IMG/VR virus record: IMGVR_UViG_3300017766_003354 | Location: 64,001-128,000 of that record | Direction: 5' to 3' (one strand) | Length of the DNA stretch: 64,000 bases | Source of the DNA: a virus | Shown: positions 45,012 to 55,617 of the stretch, piece by piece | Layout of the letters: every line of letters begins with the position of its first letter | Position numbering within the stretch: the stretch's first letter is position 1 | Made by a program: the position numbers and the translations under genes | The notes under the pieces: model-generated | The model's input: the letters and a program-made list of their open reading frames with translations, nothing else | Told to the model about the DNA's origin: nothing | Databases searched by the model: none

Positions 45012-46369
45012 CGCGGCCCAAGATAGTAAAGATAATCCTTTTTATATAGTCCAGCATCTTCCGAGAAGAGCAGGCCAGAGGTTGGTTGTCCTGTGATGTA
45101 TTGAGTTTCAGTTAGAGGGGTGCGGGAGTAACCAGAAATTCCGCTCATTGTCCCCGTTAAGCCTGAAGAAAAATACATTGGCATTGAAATATACTGCTGA
45201 ACATAATCGACAGAAACTTCATACAAAGAAGTAGAAATAGAGCCAGCTTGCAATCCAAGCGTTGCATGCGCCGAATCTCCAGTCGGTTCGTAGGTTCCAA
45301 ATAGGGCTGGATTTAAATACCCCTGCTGTTCCAAGAAAAACGCCCCTGACGCCGTTCCAGTGATCCAATAGGGACTTCCTTCATTTGTTGTCGTGGAGCC
45401 TGTTATCCCCGTTGTAGTTGTGTAAACAGGGACGCCTGATGGGATTAGCTCGTAGCCAGTGATAATATTCGAATATCCCGTGATTCCTGTCCAGTATTTA
45501 TAAATCGGAACGTCCAAATAACCAGTGGTGACATTGAATCCAGAAACGCTGCCGCTATTGAAATAATAATCTCCGATCAGCCCTTCTCCAATGTCATACA
45601 AAACTTCGCTCGACTTCTTGCCAGAGAATAGCAAAAAGTCATCCATAAAGCCGCTGAAATTCGTAATTCCTGATGCTGTCCGATAATAGGTCGGAGACGC
45701 GCCTAAATAAATAGAATCAGAATTCAAAACTAAAGAAGTCTTGATTGGAAAACTTTGGGATTGAATTTCTTGATTTAAGTAATCATATCGAGCGATCTCA
45801 ACTTCTCCTCCTCCAACGGAAAATGAAACGATGTTCTTTTTAGCGAGTTCTATTTCAGTAGCTACTTGAATCGAATCTCCCTTATCAGAAAAAGTATGAA
45901 AGAACAGATGACCCCTTGAAGTAATTCCAAAGTTAAAACCTTCTGAGCTATCATAAGAAACCCCATTATAAACATCAGTATTCTTTTTCAAAGAGCCAAA
46001 TAGAACCCCATCATAAAGAGATCCAGTATAAGCAAACGAAAAAATAGCCGAACAACTATTCGCAGGACAACGCGAATCTCCATTTATTTTTACTGAACTT
46101 TTAGAAAAATTCCCAGAGCCATTAGTTTCTAAAAACCTATTAGATCCAGTTGTAGCAGTAATCGCTAGCCCAGAATTAATTCCTACAGCATTCCCTATTA
46201 TACCATCTCCTTCTCCGCTAGAATTTGGTGCTCTATTTTGGAGGCTCCCAAGCCTGAGAAGGCCATCTTCTATTACCGTCAAATGATCATGAGAAAAATC
46301 ATAATGAACCTTTAGACTTTCTTGTGAAAAGGTTTCGTTAAGCGCAAATTGTAATCCAGAAAAACTCAT
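45008..46369 (-). CDS. virion protein with LamG/concanavalin-like domain
   Basis: LKVHYDF...IYLG...FSGFMDDF; TG-rich C-terminus. Confidence 0.6.
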   Translation of the reverse strand: MSFSGLQFALNETFSQESLKVHYDFSHDHLTVIEDGLLRLGSLQNRAPNSSGEGDGIIGNAVGINSGLAITATTGSNRFLETNGSGNFSKSSVKINGDSRCPANSCSAIFSFAYTGSLYDGVLFGSLKKNTDVYNGVSYDSSEGFNFGITSRGHLFFHTFSDKGDSIQVATEIELAKKNIVSFSVGGGEVEIARYDYLNQEIQSQSFPIKTSLVLNSDSIYLGASPTYYRTASGITNFSGFMDDFLLFSGKKSSEVLYDIGEGLIGDYYFNSGSVSGFNVTTGYLDVPIYKYWTGITGYSNIITGYELIPSGVPVYTTTTGITGSTTTNEGSPYWITGTASGAFFLEQQGYLNPALFGTYEPTGDSAHATLGLQAGSISTSLYEVSVDYVQQYISMPMYFSSGLTGTMSGISGYSRTPLTETQYITGQPTSGLLFSEDAGLYKKDYLYYLGPR

Positions 46370-47937
46370 CGAGAATAAACGGCGTTAATTGTTGAACTGA
46401 TATTAGAATCTCCTTGAGAGGTCGAAGTCCCAATAATTTCGCAGGTTTTGGATTTAATAATTTCCTTCAAGACGGTTTTCAATGTCGGCAATTCTGACTC
46501 CACATCATTGCTTGATCCTTGGATGGAAATTGAACCAAGTTTTTTGTTCATGGCCGTTTGTTGGGCGAAACCATTTACTGATTCTTGGAGAGTAATAATT
46601 TCTATGGGAAGTTCATCAGTAATGGAAACTGTCAAATTATTGAGTTGGCCGTTAGACAAGTCTTCATTGTTGGAGAACTTGTAAGAGTAATCTATTGTTG
46701 TCGCCAATGGGTCTTTGTTGATATTTTCAGCTTCGTTAATCGGATTTAAATACGGAGAATCCTCATAAAGATCTATCTCTGCGCAAAAATCCGCAAATCC
46801 TTCTAGAGCCATTGCATAAAAATCCAAAGACTGAAAAAAGTCATTTACTACTCCGTATCTGTAGTCTAGGTCAAAATTATTGGTGTCGAGAAGGTCAAAA
46901 GCAGATCTATAAGAAATGCTTCCATTTACGTCGACCGTAATTAAATTTGAGTCTTTCGAAGCGGAAACCGTGACTTTGGATTTGTGGAGAATATTCGTGG
47001 CTTCTTCATCTGTCGGGTCTTTAAATTCAAAAGAGAAAGAGATGGTATTTGCTACTTCGTTTACATCATAATTCAAAGAGGTCGGGCCGTTTAAAACTGG
47101 CCCATAGACTTGTTCTTCGAAATTCGATTTAGATCTTTGGACGGCATTTCGAACTAGCTCGGTGGCAATTTCTGTTGTTATGTCTTCGATTTCGACTGAC
47201 GGCGATCCCAGCATACTTCCGACAATAGTTCCCGCTACGCTCGCTTGGAGGCTTCCTTCTTTAGAATATGAAAGCTGAACGGTTGCCGTTACGACCCCAT
47301 TATCAGAAATTGGATTAGAACTGGTTGAAAAGGTATATTCTTCTGTTATTCCGTATGAATTTTTAGCGTTGTCAATTTCTTCTGTTTTAGAAGTTAAGAA
47401 CGCCGACGAGCCTTCATTAAAGATTCCAATATTTTCAAACTGACTAGACATGCGAGAAGAAACGAAACTCCTTGCTTGAGTAAGTCCGTCATCCGCGCCA
47501 ACTTTAACACCGACTGCCGAAACAGAGTGTGTAGCTTTAACTATTCTCCCTTGTTGCTGCGCGTAAGTCCAAGTATCAACTGGATCTTTAATTCCAAAAA
47601 ACTCGGAGAAATCAGAGTCGGAATAAACTTCAAACTCTACGGAATACGGCAAAAGTGTAGTCAAATTAGAGTCATCAAAAGACACTCCGATTGGTTTAGC
47701 ATACGGATAAGAGTTTGATTCTATAATCAATTCTTCAAAAGAATTGGTGAGGGCAAGGGTCATTTCTCGTTTAGCCGTAGCTAAAGCAAGAAGACTCGAC
47801 CCTGTAATATTGCCTACGAGAGTGATCTTTTGAAGAAAATGGTCCATTTCTCCAGCAACATAAATAGGAGAATCGTCAATTGCCACGAATGGCAAAGGCT
47901 CGGGGAATTCATACACTCCATAAGAAATTAGACTCAT
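46366..47937 (-). CDS. tail structural protein
   Basis: 523 aa, acidic and beta-rich; coupled by ATGA overlaps. Confidence 0.55.
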   Translation of the reverse strand: MSLISYGVYEFPEPLPFVAIDDSPIYVAGEMDHFLQKITLVGNITGSSLLALATAKREMTLALTNSFEELIIESNSYPYAKPIGVSFDDSNLTTLLPYSVEFEVYSDSDFSEFFGIKDPVDTWTYAQQQGRIVKATHSVSAVGVKVGADDGLTQARSFVSSRMSSQFENIGIFNEGSSAFLTSKTEEIDNAKNSYGITEEYTFSTSSNPISDNGVVTATVQLSYSKEGSLQASVAGTIVGSMLGSPSVEIEDITTEIATELVRNAVQRSKSNFEEQVYGPVLNGPTSLNYDVNEVANTISFSFEFKDPTDEEATNILHKSKVTVSASKDSNLITVDVNGSISYRSAFDLLDTNNFDLDYRYGVVNDFFQSLDFYAMALEGFADFCAEIDLYEDSPYLNPINEAENINKDPLATTIDYSYKFSNNEDLSNGQLNNLTVSITDELPIEIITLQESVNGFAQQTAMNKKLGSISIQGSSNDVESELPTLKTVLKEIIKSKTCEIIGTSTSQGDSNISSTINAVYSR

Positions 47938-49442
47938 CGGTAGCTGTAACTAATTACACGATTAGTCGCTCCGTTTGCAGAATCTATTGAAATTACGTCG
48001 TTACTAGCATACTCGCCAGCGTCTAATGGATCTAAGGTTTCCAGATATTCCTGCCCGAAAAACAGCCCCCTAGACCTAAAAGGAACAACCTCAATAGTCA
48101 AAGTTCCCTCTCCAATTGTTAATTTTGCGTCGGCAATCAACTTTTCGCGCAGATCTTTGAGATCGAGAAACTTAGTTGTTCGTTTGACCTGTTCGTTAAT
48201 TCCGAGGGTTTCTTTCTTTTTGATAATTCCAGCAGGAAGACTTGAAGAATCATACGCGGGATCATCTGTAAATTCTGTCGATTCGGAGATTTTGGCATCT
48301 TCTTTTTCGAAGGTTGTGGCGCGGGATTTTTCAAAAATTGAAGTTGCTTCAGGGAATAAGGCTTGAAGTTTTGCCTCGCACTCTCCAATAAATGTAGTCC
48401 AAATAGCCTTAGACGCCAGCCTTTTTTCGGCTTTGGTTTTTCCGTCTCCAGCAAACGAAGATGATACATTGTAGTCAAAATAGATTCCCCTCTTTGTTTT
48501 TGAAGCTGTGTAGAGGGTCTCTTGGTTTTGGCGTTTGGGATCGTTGGTGAAAGTTAGGTTAATAGTTATCAATCCGCCGTCTTTATTGATCCCTTTTTCT
48601 AGAGAAATAGGTTTTTTAAATTCGGCATCATTGGCTGTAACGATTTCGTCAATGATAGATTTCGCCGCCTCAAAAGCGATATGTTCCAAGGGTTCTTTTA
48701 GAGCCTTGATTTCAAGATTGTATTTTTTGTCTTTGAAGCCCTCTTCTGTGATTGAGATGTTATAGCTTTGCTTCTTAGAGTAGTTATCTATGATTGTAGA
48801 AGACTCAAAATTCTCAGCAAGCGAAACCGACAACCCAATCAGGTCATAAGTTTCAGTAATTAAAGGCTTGAACCCTGCGTTGATTCGGCCATCTTCAGAA
48901 ATCCCGTCTGTTTGATAACCAAAATTTGGCCTAAAGCCATAATAAAAGTTTCTCAAAAAGGCGTGAGCTTTGGCTAAAAATTGATTGCCAGCGTCTTGTT
49001 TATATTGAATTGAAACGTTGCGCGTATAAGAATATGAGTCTTCCGAGCGAGAGAAACTATAATTCTCTTGGAATGAAGACAACCAATGAGCACTAGGGAT
49101 ATATTGAGAATAGCCCTCATTAATTAAGGTTTTAGATTCTTCAATCGTCACCCTCACTTCAACTTTTCCAGCTTGAGAAGCAGACGGCAAAGACATGTTG
49201 GTAACTCTGCCGTTGATAAACTCATCAGTGCCAATACGAGCAGTTAAACTCGGGACCAAATAGACCGCCCTCAATGCATCGTATCCTTCAATCAGAACGC
49301 CTTCATTATTTGTAAATGAAACATCAGATACGTCAATAGTATAGTCGGCGACTACATCGTAACCAAAAAGGTTTTCTGTTTCAAGATAGTTATAGTTTAT
49401 CTTGATTGTTGATGCTGTGACGGTATTGGCTAGGAGGGACAT
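47934..49442 (-). CDS. tail structural protein (distal-tail position)
   Basis: Immediately follows the tape measure via a TAATG overlap. Confidence 0.55.
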   Translation of the reverse strand: MSLLANTVTASTIKINYNYLETENLFGYDVVADYTIDVSDVSFTNNEGVLIEGYDALRAVYLVPSLTARIGTDEFINGRVTNMSLPSASQAGKVEVRVTIEESKTLINEGYSQYIPSAHWLSSFQENYSFSRSEDSYSYTRNVSIQYKQDAGNQFLAKAHAFLRNFYYGFRPNFGYQTDGISEDGRINAGFKPLITETYDLIGLSVSLAENFESSTIIDNYSKKQSYNISITEEGFKDKKYNLEIKALKEPLEHIAFEAAKSIIDEIVTANDAEFKKPISLEKGINKDGGLITINLTFTNDPKRQNQETLYTASKTKRGIYFDYNVSSSFAGDGKTKAEKRLASKAIWTTFIGECEAKLQALFPEATSIFEKSRATTFEKEDAKISESTEFTDDPAYDSSSLPAGIIKKKETLGINEQVKRTTKFLDLKDLREKLIADAKLTIGEGTLTIEVVPFRSRGLFFGQEYLETLDPLDAGEYASNDVISIDSANGATNRVISYSYR

Positions 49443-52400
49443 TATTTTCCTACTTGTTCGAGAGCTTGAACTCTACCAATAAGAGCCTTGATAGACCCGT
49501 CAACAGTCGTTGCTAGAGTTCCCATGTTGCTTGCCAATTCTTGGAAAGCCTTTCCATCGGTTGCGGCGTTTTTAAGCGAATTATCAAGATCTTGAATCGT
49601 TGATTTAAGATTCGGCAAATCTTTGAATTGTTCTGAAAAGGTGGTCATCGCCGTATTGACGCCTTGGAAGCGTTCGCGCAAAGATTCGAGTTCCTTGCGA
49701 ACTTTAACAGATTCTTCGGTAATTTGCTTGTTGGCATTTTCTTGAGCCTCTTTAGAGCCAGTAGGATCGACCTTTTTCAAAGCTTCAAGATCTTTGATTT
49801 TTGCTGCGATTTCTTTGTCGAATTTTCCGCCGCGAGAACCTTTCAGACTTTGAAGGTCTTTAATAACCGTCGAAGCGTCTTGTTCAGAGGACAAGCCCTT
49901 ATCGCGGATTCTCGCCATATCTTGCGGCAAGAATTTCTTGCCAACGATTCTTTCTCTAAGGTCGAAAGCGCCAGTATTAGCTTGCGACAACGCTTGAGAA
50001 ACTCCAACTTTATTGGAAAATCCAGTGCTGATACCAGCATTAGACTTCCATGCATTAACAACTTTATCTCCGTAAACGCTAATAGCGTTAGCTTCGAGTT
50101 CTGCGATTTTTAGCCATTGGTCGGCGGCTTTTTGGGCAGAGTCCCCGCCGCCAGTTTTTTCTAATTTGCCAATACTCTGATAAGCAGCGGTTAATGAAGT
50201 AATATCAATAGCGCCGACATCTTTAATAGCTTTTAGTTTTCCTCCTAAGCCTGAAACTAATCCCTCTAAAGTTTTAACTAATTCATCTTGGATGCCTTTT
50301 TTGAATTTAGAGAAATCTTGTTTAAGAGTGTCTCGTTCTGCGATAATAGAGGATTTCGCGTTCAACAAAGATTGGAACGAGCTAGACGCTGAAGAAGCAA
50401 ATTCGTCTGCGCTTTTTACGACATTATCGAAAAACTCTTTACCACTTCCTTTAACATCTACTCCAACAGCAGAAAGTTTGTCTTCTAGTCCTTTGGCCCC
50501 CTTGGAGAAATAAGTATCCACCAAAGATTGAGAAAACCCCTTTTGCTCGACATCGAAAGAAGCTTTTGTTGCTTCTCGGCCTGTTATATCGGATCTTAAA
50601 GATTTAGCAAAGTCTTCGCCTGTGAAAAGTTGCGATAAAGCATTTTCAGATGAAAGGGCTTGAGTTTGGGAAGATTTGAGCGACAATAGTTCTTTTACGC
50701 CCGAAGCGTTTTTGGCGGCGGGGTCAATAAAGACGTTTTCGGCCAGTTTGTCAGTAAAACTTGCAGAGGTCAGTTTATTAGCTGTTTCCGCAACGGCTTG
50801 TGAAAATTGGTTTAAAGACTTTAAGAAATCTGACAATAGATTTTCCCTAGTTGCCGCTTTCCTGAAACTATCAATATTTGCCTTAGCTTCCAATACCGCC
50901 GCTTGCAGAGCGTCGTTGGCTGCGGCTACTTTCGTATAGTCGATCTCTCCTTGTTCGTTTGGCTGGTAGGCTTCTTTTAAGACTTTAGATAAATCTTCTA
51001 TTTGTTTTTTTGCTTCTTCGCCTTGCTTAGTTGAGCTTAAATCTTTGACGAATGATTCGTAGCTCTTTTCTTTTTCTTTTTTATTCTTCCCCTCAAATAA
51101 TCCAGCAGTTGATCTAAAGCGCGTAGTCATTTGCGCTCTTTGTTGTGTGAGGCCAATAATGCTGTTACCTTGATTTTCGGCAAGTTTTTCAGAATATTTT
51201 GTGGAGCCTAATTTCGAGTAAATTCCCGTTGATTGTTCTAGTTTATTTGCTCCAAATCCTCCTAATTTAAAGCCTCCATAAGCCGCGCCTGCCGCCGCAG
51301 CAGCGGGACCAGCTACAGATAAACCGCGAGCGACTAATCCGCGAGCGCCAACGCTTCGTGCCGCAGAAAGTCCCCCCGCCCGAATGTTGCGAAAGAAGCC
51401 TCCCTTGCCTTGGGTTCTCAATAAGTCCTTTTTAGCAGTGTTACTTAAAATTCCTGAATCAATATTTTTAGCTTGAGAGGCTATTCCTTTATATTTAGAA
51501 GCTCCAGAACCAAGAAAACCTCCTTTTTTAGCTATTGATTTAAATACAGTTGGGAAACCCTTTGACAAAATGGTTTTGCCCATTTTAGCGAAATCGCCAA
51601 AACTTTTACCAGTTACAGAAGAGATTGTCGCCATGATAAGCAACGCTTGAGTAGCCGTTGTGACGGCGCTATCTAAATTAATAAAACTTTTGTCCAATCC
51701 TTCTGTAGATTGTCCCAAAGATTCCGCCTTTGATACTGCGTCTCTTTGTTCTTGGCTTAAAGAGGTCGTTGCTTGTTGAAGAGCACCAAACAAAGATTGC
51801 AAAACAAAAATTTCCCCAAATCCTGTTGGTTTGCTAATTCTTGATTTCGCAGGAGGCGCATATCTCGACCCATCATCAAATCCAGCGGTGTTGCCAGACG
51901 GCGTTGCGGCTGGTCCGCGACGAGCAGACGGACGACGAGGATTGCTAGAAGGAGATTTGGTAGGCCCTGATCTTCCTCCTCCGCCTCCGTTTGTCCCCCC
52001 AGAAGAAGCAGCCGCTTGAGCAGAAGCGAATCCCGCTGTCGCTTTGGTTGCCTCCCCTAGTCCCATTTTAAACTGTTGCAGTTGAGCCACAACAATGCCG
52101 AAGGCTTGGTTCGAAGGTTGTGGTTTTGCGGTATTGGGCGATGATGAAGAAGTAGCCGTTCCTCCAGAAGCTTTCGCTTGTGCGGAAGCTTTTTTCTTTT
52201 CGGCAGCGTCCAATAGACGCTTGGCAACTTTCGCTTCGGCAATTAGTCGAGGATCAGAACCAGAATATGCAGCACGAATTCTTAAAGAATTTATTGCATT
52301 ATCTGATACAAAATTTGGCACAAAGCCTCCCGCAGCACCATAACTTTTTGGACTTTTCCCTTCGCGTTTGGCGCGGTTTATTCCTTGACGTGAACCATTA

Positions 52401-55400
52401 GGTTCGTCTCTAGTATTGAAGACGCCGAAACCGTTAGGGTTCCGAGATGAGCGGAGGGCTGGATTCTGGTCAACGTAGATTTGAGAATCAGAAAGGCCGA
52501 AAGACTTTTCGCGAGCGATAGCGTCTTGAACTGCGGAAAAATTTGGAACAAATCCACCGCCAGCAGTTTTAGGTTTTGGCGGTTGTGCTAGTTTTCTATT
52601 AGGAGAGGATAGTCTTTGAGAGAGAATCTGAGATAAGGCCCTTTGAGAATATTCTGGGTCGTTGAATGTTTTTGTTACTAATCCATTGACCTGACCAACG
52701 ATTTGCTTTTCTCCCAATCTTTTAGCTTCTCCTCTTTGGACATTGACTCCAAAAATATCATTCATCGCCTTTGAATTGGCGAAATCGAAAGGTCGATTAG
52801 TATCTTTTGGCTCAAAGATAGATTCCATTTCCTTCATTGAAGAGAGCGCAATTTTGCTCGCAGATTCAAAGATAGCTCCTTCCGCAGATGCAGAAAGAAT
52901 CCCCCCTTTACTAGTCGATTTAAACTTTCCAAGCTTTCCTGCAAATTCAGAATAATTTCCAATATTGAAAAGCTTGCCATACATCGAATTGGCCAAATTT
53001 ACTAATGCTGGCGCGAAAATTTCATTAATATTCCCAGAAACGCCCTTGACATCTTGACCCTTTGGAATGCCGCTGGTATCAATGTTTCGGAGATTGATCA
53101 GCTCTTTTCCTGCCCCAGCTTCTTTAGTCTTATCGAATAATTTGTTGCCACCAGAGTCTTGAGAACCATATAATCCCTTGACAGCATACGCTGGCATTCT
53201 GGCCGTGGTCTTTCCTTTCCCGCCGAATCTCGGGCTAACCAAAAGAATGCCGCCAAGCTTTTGTGCATCTACGTTATACTCATCAATAAAACTTTCTTTG
53301 CGAACTTTCGCATCTTGAATAGAACGAGCTAAAGAAGGCTGAACATTTCGGCCTAAGATTCTTTTCGCATTGGAAGCCGCAATGATTTTGCCACCAATGT
53401 TATAAGTCTCTGATCCAGCCACTTTATACCTTTCAATATCAGCGAGACTCTTAGCTCCTGTGCTACGGATTGCAAAAGTGTCGCCTTCGGCGCGATCTTG
53501 AATTTTTGTGAAATCTTTAGCAGCAGACGAAAGAGGAGAAGAAGATTTGATGTTATTATCGACTTCTCTAATGAATGGAACTTGTTTATATCCAGCTTCA
53601 GTTCTCTTCTTCAGAATGAAGTTGGCCGCTGCAATATCGGTTTCGGATTTTGCGAATTGAAGAGGGTTGGGGCGTTTAACCAAATTTCTAACAGCAGACC
53701 AAAAGCTGAACCCGCTGTCGGCAAAATTCGGAGTAAATCCGCCAGCAGAAAAACCTTGAGCATATTCTGTTCCTTTGCCGAACCCATTTGGTGGTCTAAT
53801 AATCGTAGCCTTCTTTCCAGCAGCATTCGTGAAGTTTGTAATAGTTTCGCGGCTATTAACAAAAGAATTAAACGACTTCCCATTACCATCATGAATACGA
53901 GCCTGCTTGACGGAACCAGCAGTATAGCCGTGTTCTTTGGCTTTCTGTCTTTCCATTTGCTTCCCAAAGGAAGGCATAAAACCAGAAGCAAAATTTGGGA
54001 CAAACCCTTGCGCGTAAGGCTTTCCGCCCTTTCCAACATATCCTTGTTCATTGAATCCACGAACACCTTTAGCATAAGCCGCAGTAGCCATGCCTCTGAG
54101 AATTTGTTGTTGCTCTTTTAGGTGTTGGTTTTCAAGAGCAATAGCCTTGACAATCAAATCATGACGTTGCGCCGTAGTAAGGGTCTGATCTCGCAGTGAT
54201 TTTTGAAGATCGACATTGTGTTTGAGCGTTTGGGAAATTCCGACCTCAATAGCTTTAATTCTTTCCGCCTGTGTTCCAATCGCAAGAACTGTCTTAAAAC
54301 CCTCCTTCGCAAAGCCTGCAACCAGCTTGAAAATTTTGGCGAAAGCAACCGAAAAGAGAATAATAGCGGGTCCGCTCAAAAATGACCCAATAGTTTTAAA
54401 AAGTCCTTGAACTAAAACGTTCCCCTTTTCTGGATCTAAAGCCTTAGTTAAAAAGTCCGTCGCAGCGTTGCTAACAGAAAGCAATCCTTTTAGGACGGGC
54501 GCAAAAGTCAATTGACCGACTTTTTCGGCCAAATTTGTCATGCCCACAACAAGAGAATTAATTTGTGCGGCGATAGACTTGTTCATCTCTTCGCTTTTCG
54601 CATAGGCTTCATTAGTTGCTTGGGCGGCAGTTAAAGAAGCAGAAGCAGCAATTGAATTATTGCTTCCCAAATCTTTCAACGCAGCAGAAACCAAGTTGAT
54701 CTGATAGACACCACCAGCGAGTTCTTTAATAGCTGCGGCTTGAGTTGGGTCGGTAATTCCACTCAAAGCTTGAGACAAAGCATTAAGTTTTTGAGTTCCA
54801 GATTGAGAAGCGTCGATAGCGACACCTAATGCTTGCAAGTCCTCAATTGTAGATCCTCGGCTTAGACGAGTGAAAATAGACTTCAAGGCATTACCAATAA
54901 CGGCACCACCACGAGAAGTAGTTTGTTGAACGGCAGTTACCAAACCCAACAATTCATCAAAGCTTACTCCAGCATCTTCCGCAGACGAACCAGTTCGTTG
55001 GAAAGCGTCGGCCAAATCTTTTGCAGAAACGGCGAATTTAGTATCAACGGCAACAAGTTTATTAGTGATTTGTTCTGCGGTGAGTCCTGCGCTTTGGAAA
55101 CCGTTGATCGCGGCAGTTAGAGCATTAACAGACTTAACAGAATCCAAACCAGAAACCCGAGTCAAAATAAGGGCCGCCTCAAGACGTTTCGCTGTTTCTA
55201 CAGCCCCTAAACCTTGACGGGCGAGTTCTCCAGCAGCATCTGCTACGATAGTAAAAGATTGGCCAGTGGATTGAGCAACGCTAAATACTGTATCTCTAAA
55301 CGCCGCAAAATCAGAAGCACTAGCTCCTAAAATAGAATTCAACTCAATCAACTTCTTCTCAACGGAAATCGTTGTAGAGACAATTTGTTTGAAAGCTTGC

Positions 55401-55597
55401 GTCACACCCGCAAGCACTGTTGTAGTAGCTCCGAACGCAAAAACACGAGCAGTAGAAGCGTCCAGAGACTTCTGGAATTCAGAAGCCTGACCTGTGATTC
55501 TTCCAAGCGCACGTTGGATCTGCTTCGCTGAATTATTCAGACTGGCAGGATCAAGCGTAGCTTGAAGAGAAACTGGGAACGCTGCTTGTTTAGGCAT
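49442..55597 (-). CDS. tail tape measure protein
   Basis: 2051 aa, Ala/Ser/Lys-rich; N-terminal TP901-type core (ELARQG...DTKFAVSAKDL...IGNALKSIFTR). Confidence 0.92.
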   Translation of the reverse strand: MPKQAAFPVSLQATLDPASLNNSAKQIQRALGRITGQASEFQKSLDASTARVFAFGATTTVLAGVTQAFKQIVSTTISVEKKLIELNSILGASASDFAAFRDTVFSVAQSTGQSFTIVADAAGELARQGLGAVETAKRLEAALILTRVSGLDSVKSVNALTAAINGFQSAGLTAEQITNKLVAVDTKFAVSAKDLADAFQRTGSSAEDAGVSFDELLGLVTAVQQTTSRGGAVIGNALKSIFTRLSRGSTIEDLQALGVAIDASQSGTQKLNALSQALSGITDPTQAAAIKELAGGVYQINLVSAALKDLGSNNSIAASASLTAAQATNEAYAKSEEMNKSIAAQINSLVVGMTNLAEKVGQLTFAPVLKGLLSVSNAATDFLTKALDPEKGNVLVQGLFKTIGSFLSGPAIILFSVAFAKIFKLVAGFAKEGFKTVLAIGTQAERIKAIEVGISQTLKHNVDLQKSLRDQTLTTAQRHDLIVKAIALENQHLKEQQQILRGMATAAYAKGVRGFNEQGYVGKGGKPYAQGFVPNFASGFMPSFGKQMERQKAKEHGYTAGSVKQARIHDGNGKSFNSFVNSRETITNFTNAAGKKATIIRPPNGFGKGTEYAQGFSAGGFTPNFADSGFSFWSAVRNLVKRPNPLQFAKSETDIAAANFILKKRTEAGYKQVPFIREVDNNIKSSSPLSSAAKDFTKIQDRAEGDTFAIRSTGAKSLADIERYKVAGSETYNIGGKIIAASNAKRILGRNVQPSLARSIQDAKVRKESFIDEYNVDAQKLGGILLVSPRFGGKGKTTARMPAYAVKGLYGSQDSGGNKLFDKTKEAGAGKELINLRNIDTSGIPKGQDVKGVSGNINEIFAPALVNLANSMYGKLFNIGNYSEFAGKLGKFKSTSKGGILSASAEGAIFESASKIALSSMKEMESIFEPKDTNRPFDFANSKAMNDIFGVNVQRGEAKRLGEKQIVGQVNGLVTKTFNDPEYSQRALSQILSQRLSSPNRKLAQPPKPKTAGGGFVPNFSAVQDAIAREKSFGLSDSQIYVDQNPALRSSRNPNGFGVFNTRDEPNGSRQGINRAKREGKSPKSYGAAGGFVPNFVSDNAINSLRIRAAYSGSDPRLIAEAKVAKRLLDAAEKKKASAQAKASGGTATSSSSPNTAKPQPSNQAFGIVVAQLQQFKMGLGEATKATAGFASAQAAASSGGTNGGGGGRSGPTKSPSSNPRRPSARRGPAATPSGNTAGFDDGSRYAPPAKSRISKPTGFGEIFVLQSLFGALQQATTSLSQEQRDAVSKAESLGQSTEGLDKSFINLDSAVTTATQALLIMATISSVTGKSFGDFAKMGKTILSKGFPTVFKSIAKKGGFLGSGASKYKGIASQAKNIDSGILSNTAKKDLLRTQGKGGFFRNIRAGGLSAARSVGARGLVARGLSVAGPAAAAAGAAYGGFKLGGFGANKLEQSTGIYSKLGSTKYSEKLAENQGNSIIGLTQQRAQMTTRFRSTAGLFEGKNKKEKEKSYESFVKDLSSTKQGEEAKKQIEDLSKVLKEAYQPNEQGEIDYTKVAAANDALQAAVLEAKANIDSFRKAATRENLLSDFLKSLNQFSQAVAETANKLTSASFTDKLAENVFIDPAAKNASGVKELLSLKSSQTQALSSENALSQLFTGEDFAKSLRSDITGREATKASFDVEQKGFSQSLVDTYFSKGAKGLEDKLSAVGVDVKGSGKEFFDNVVKSADEFASSASSSFQSLLNAKSSIIAERDTLKQDFSKFKKGIQDELVKTLEGLVSGLGGKLKAIKDVGAIDITSLTAAYQSIGKLEKTGGGDSAQKAADQWLKIAELEANAISVYGDKVVNAWKSNAGISTGFSNKVGVSQALSQANTGAFDLRERIVGKKFLPQDMARIRDKGLSSEQDASTVIKDLQSLKGSRGGKFDKEIAAKIKDLEALKKVDPTGSKEAQENANKQITEESVKVRKELESLRERFQGVNTAMTTFSEQFKDLPNLKSTIQDLDNSLKNAATDGKAFQELASNMGTLATTVDGSIKALIGRVQALEQVGK

Positions 55598-55617
55598 TTC
55601 CCTTAATTACACGAAAA

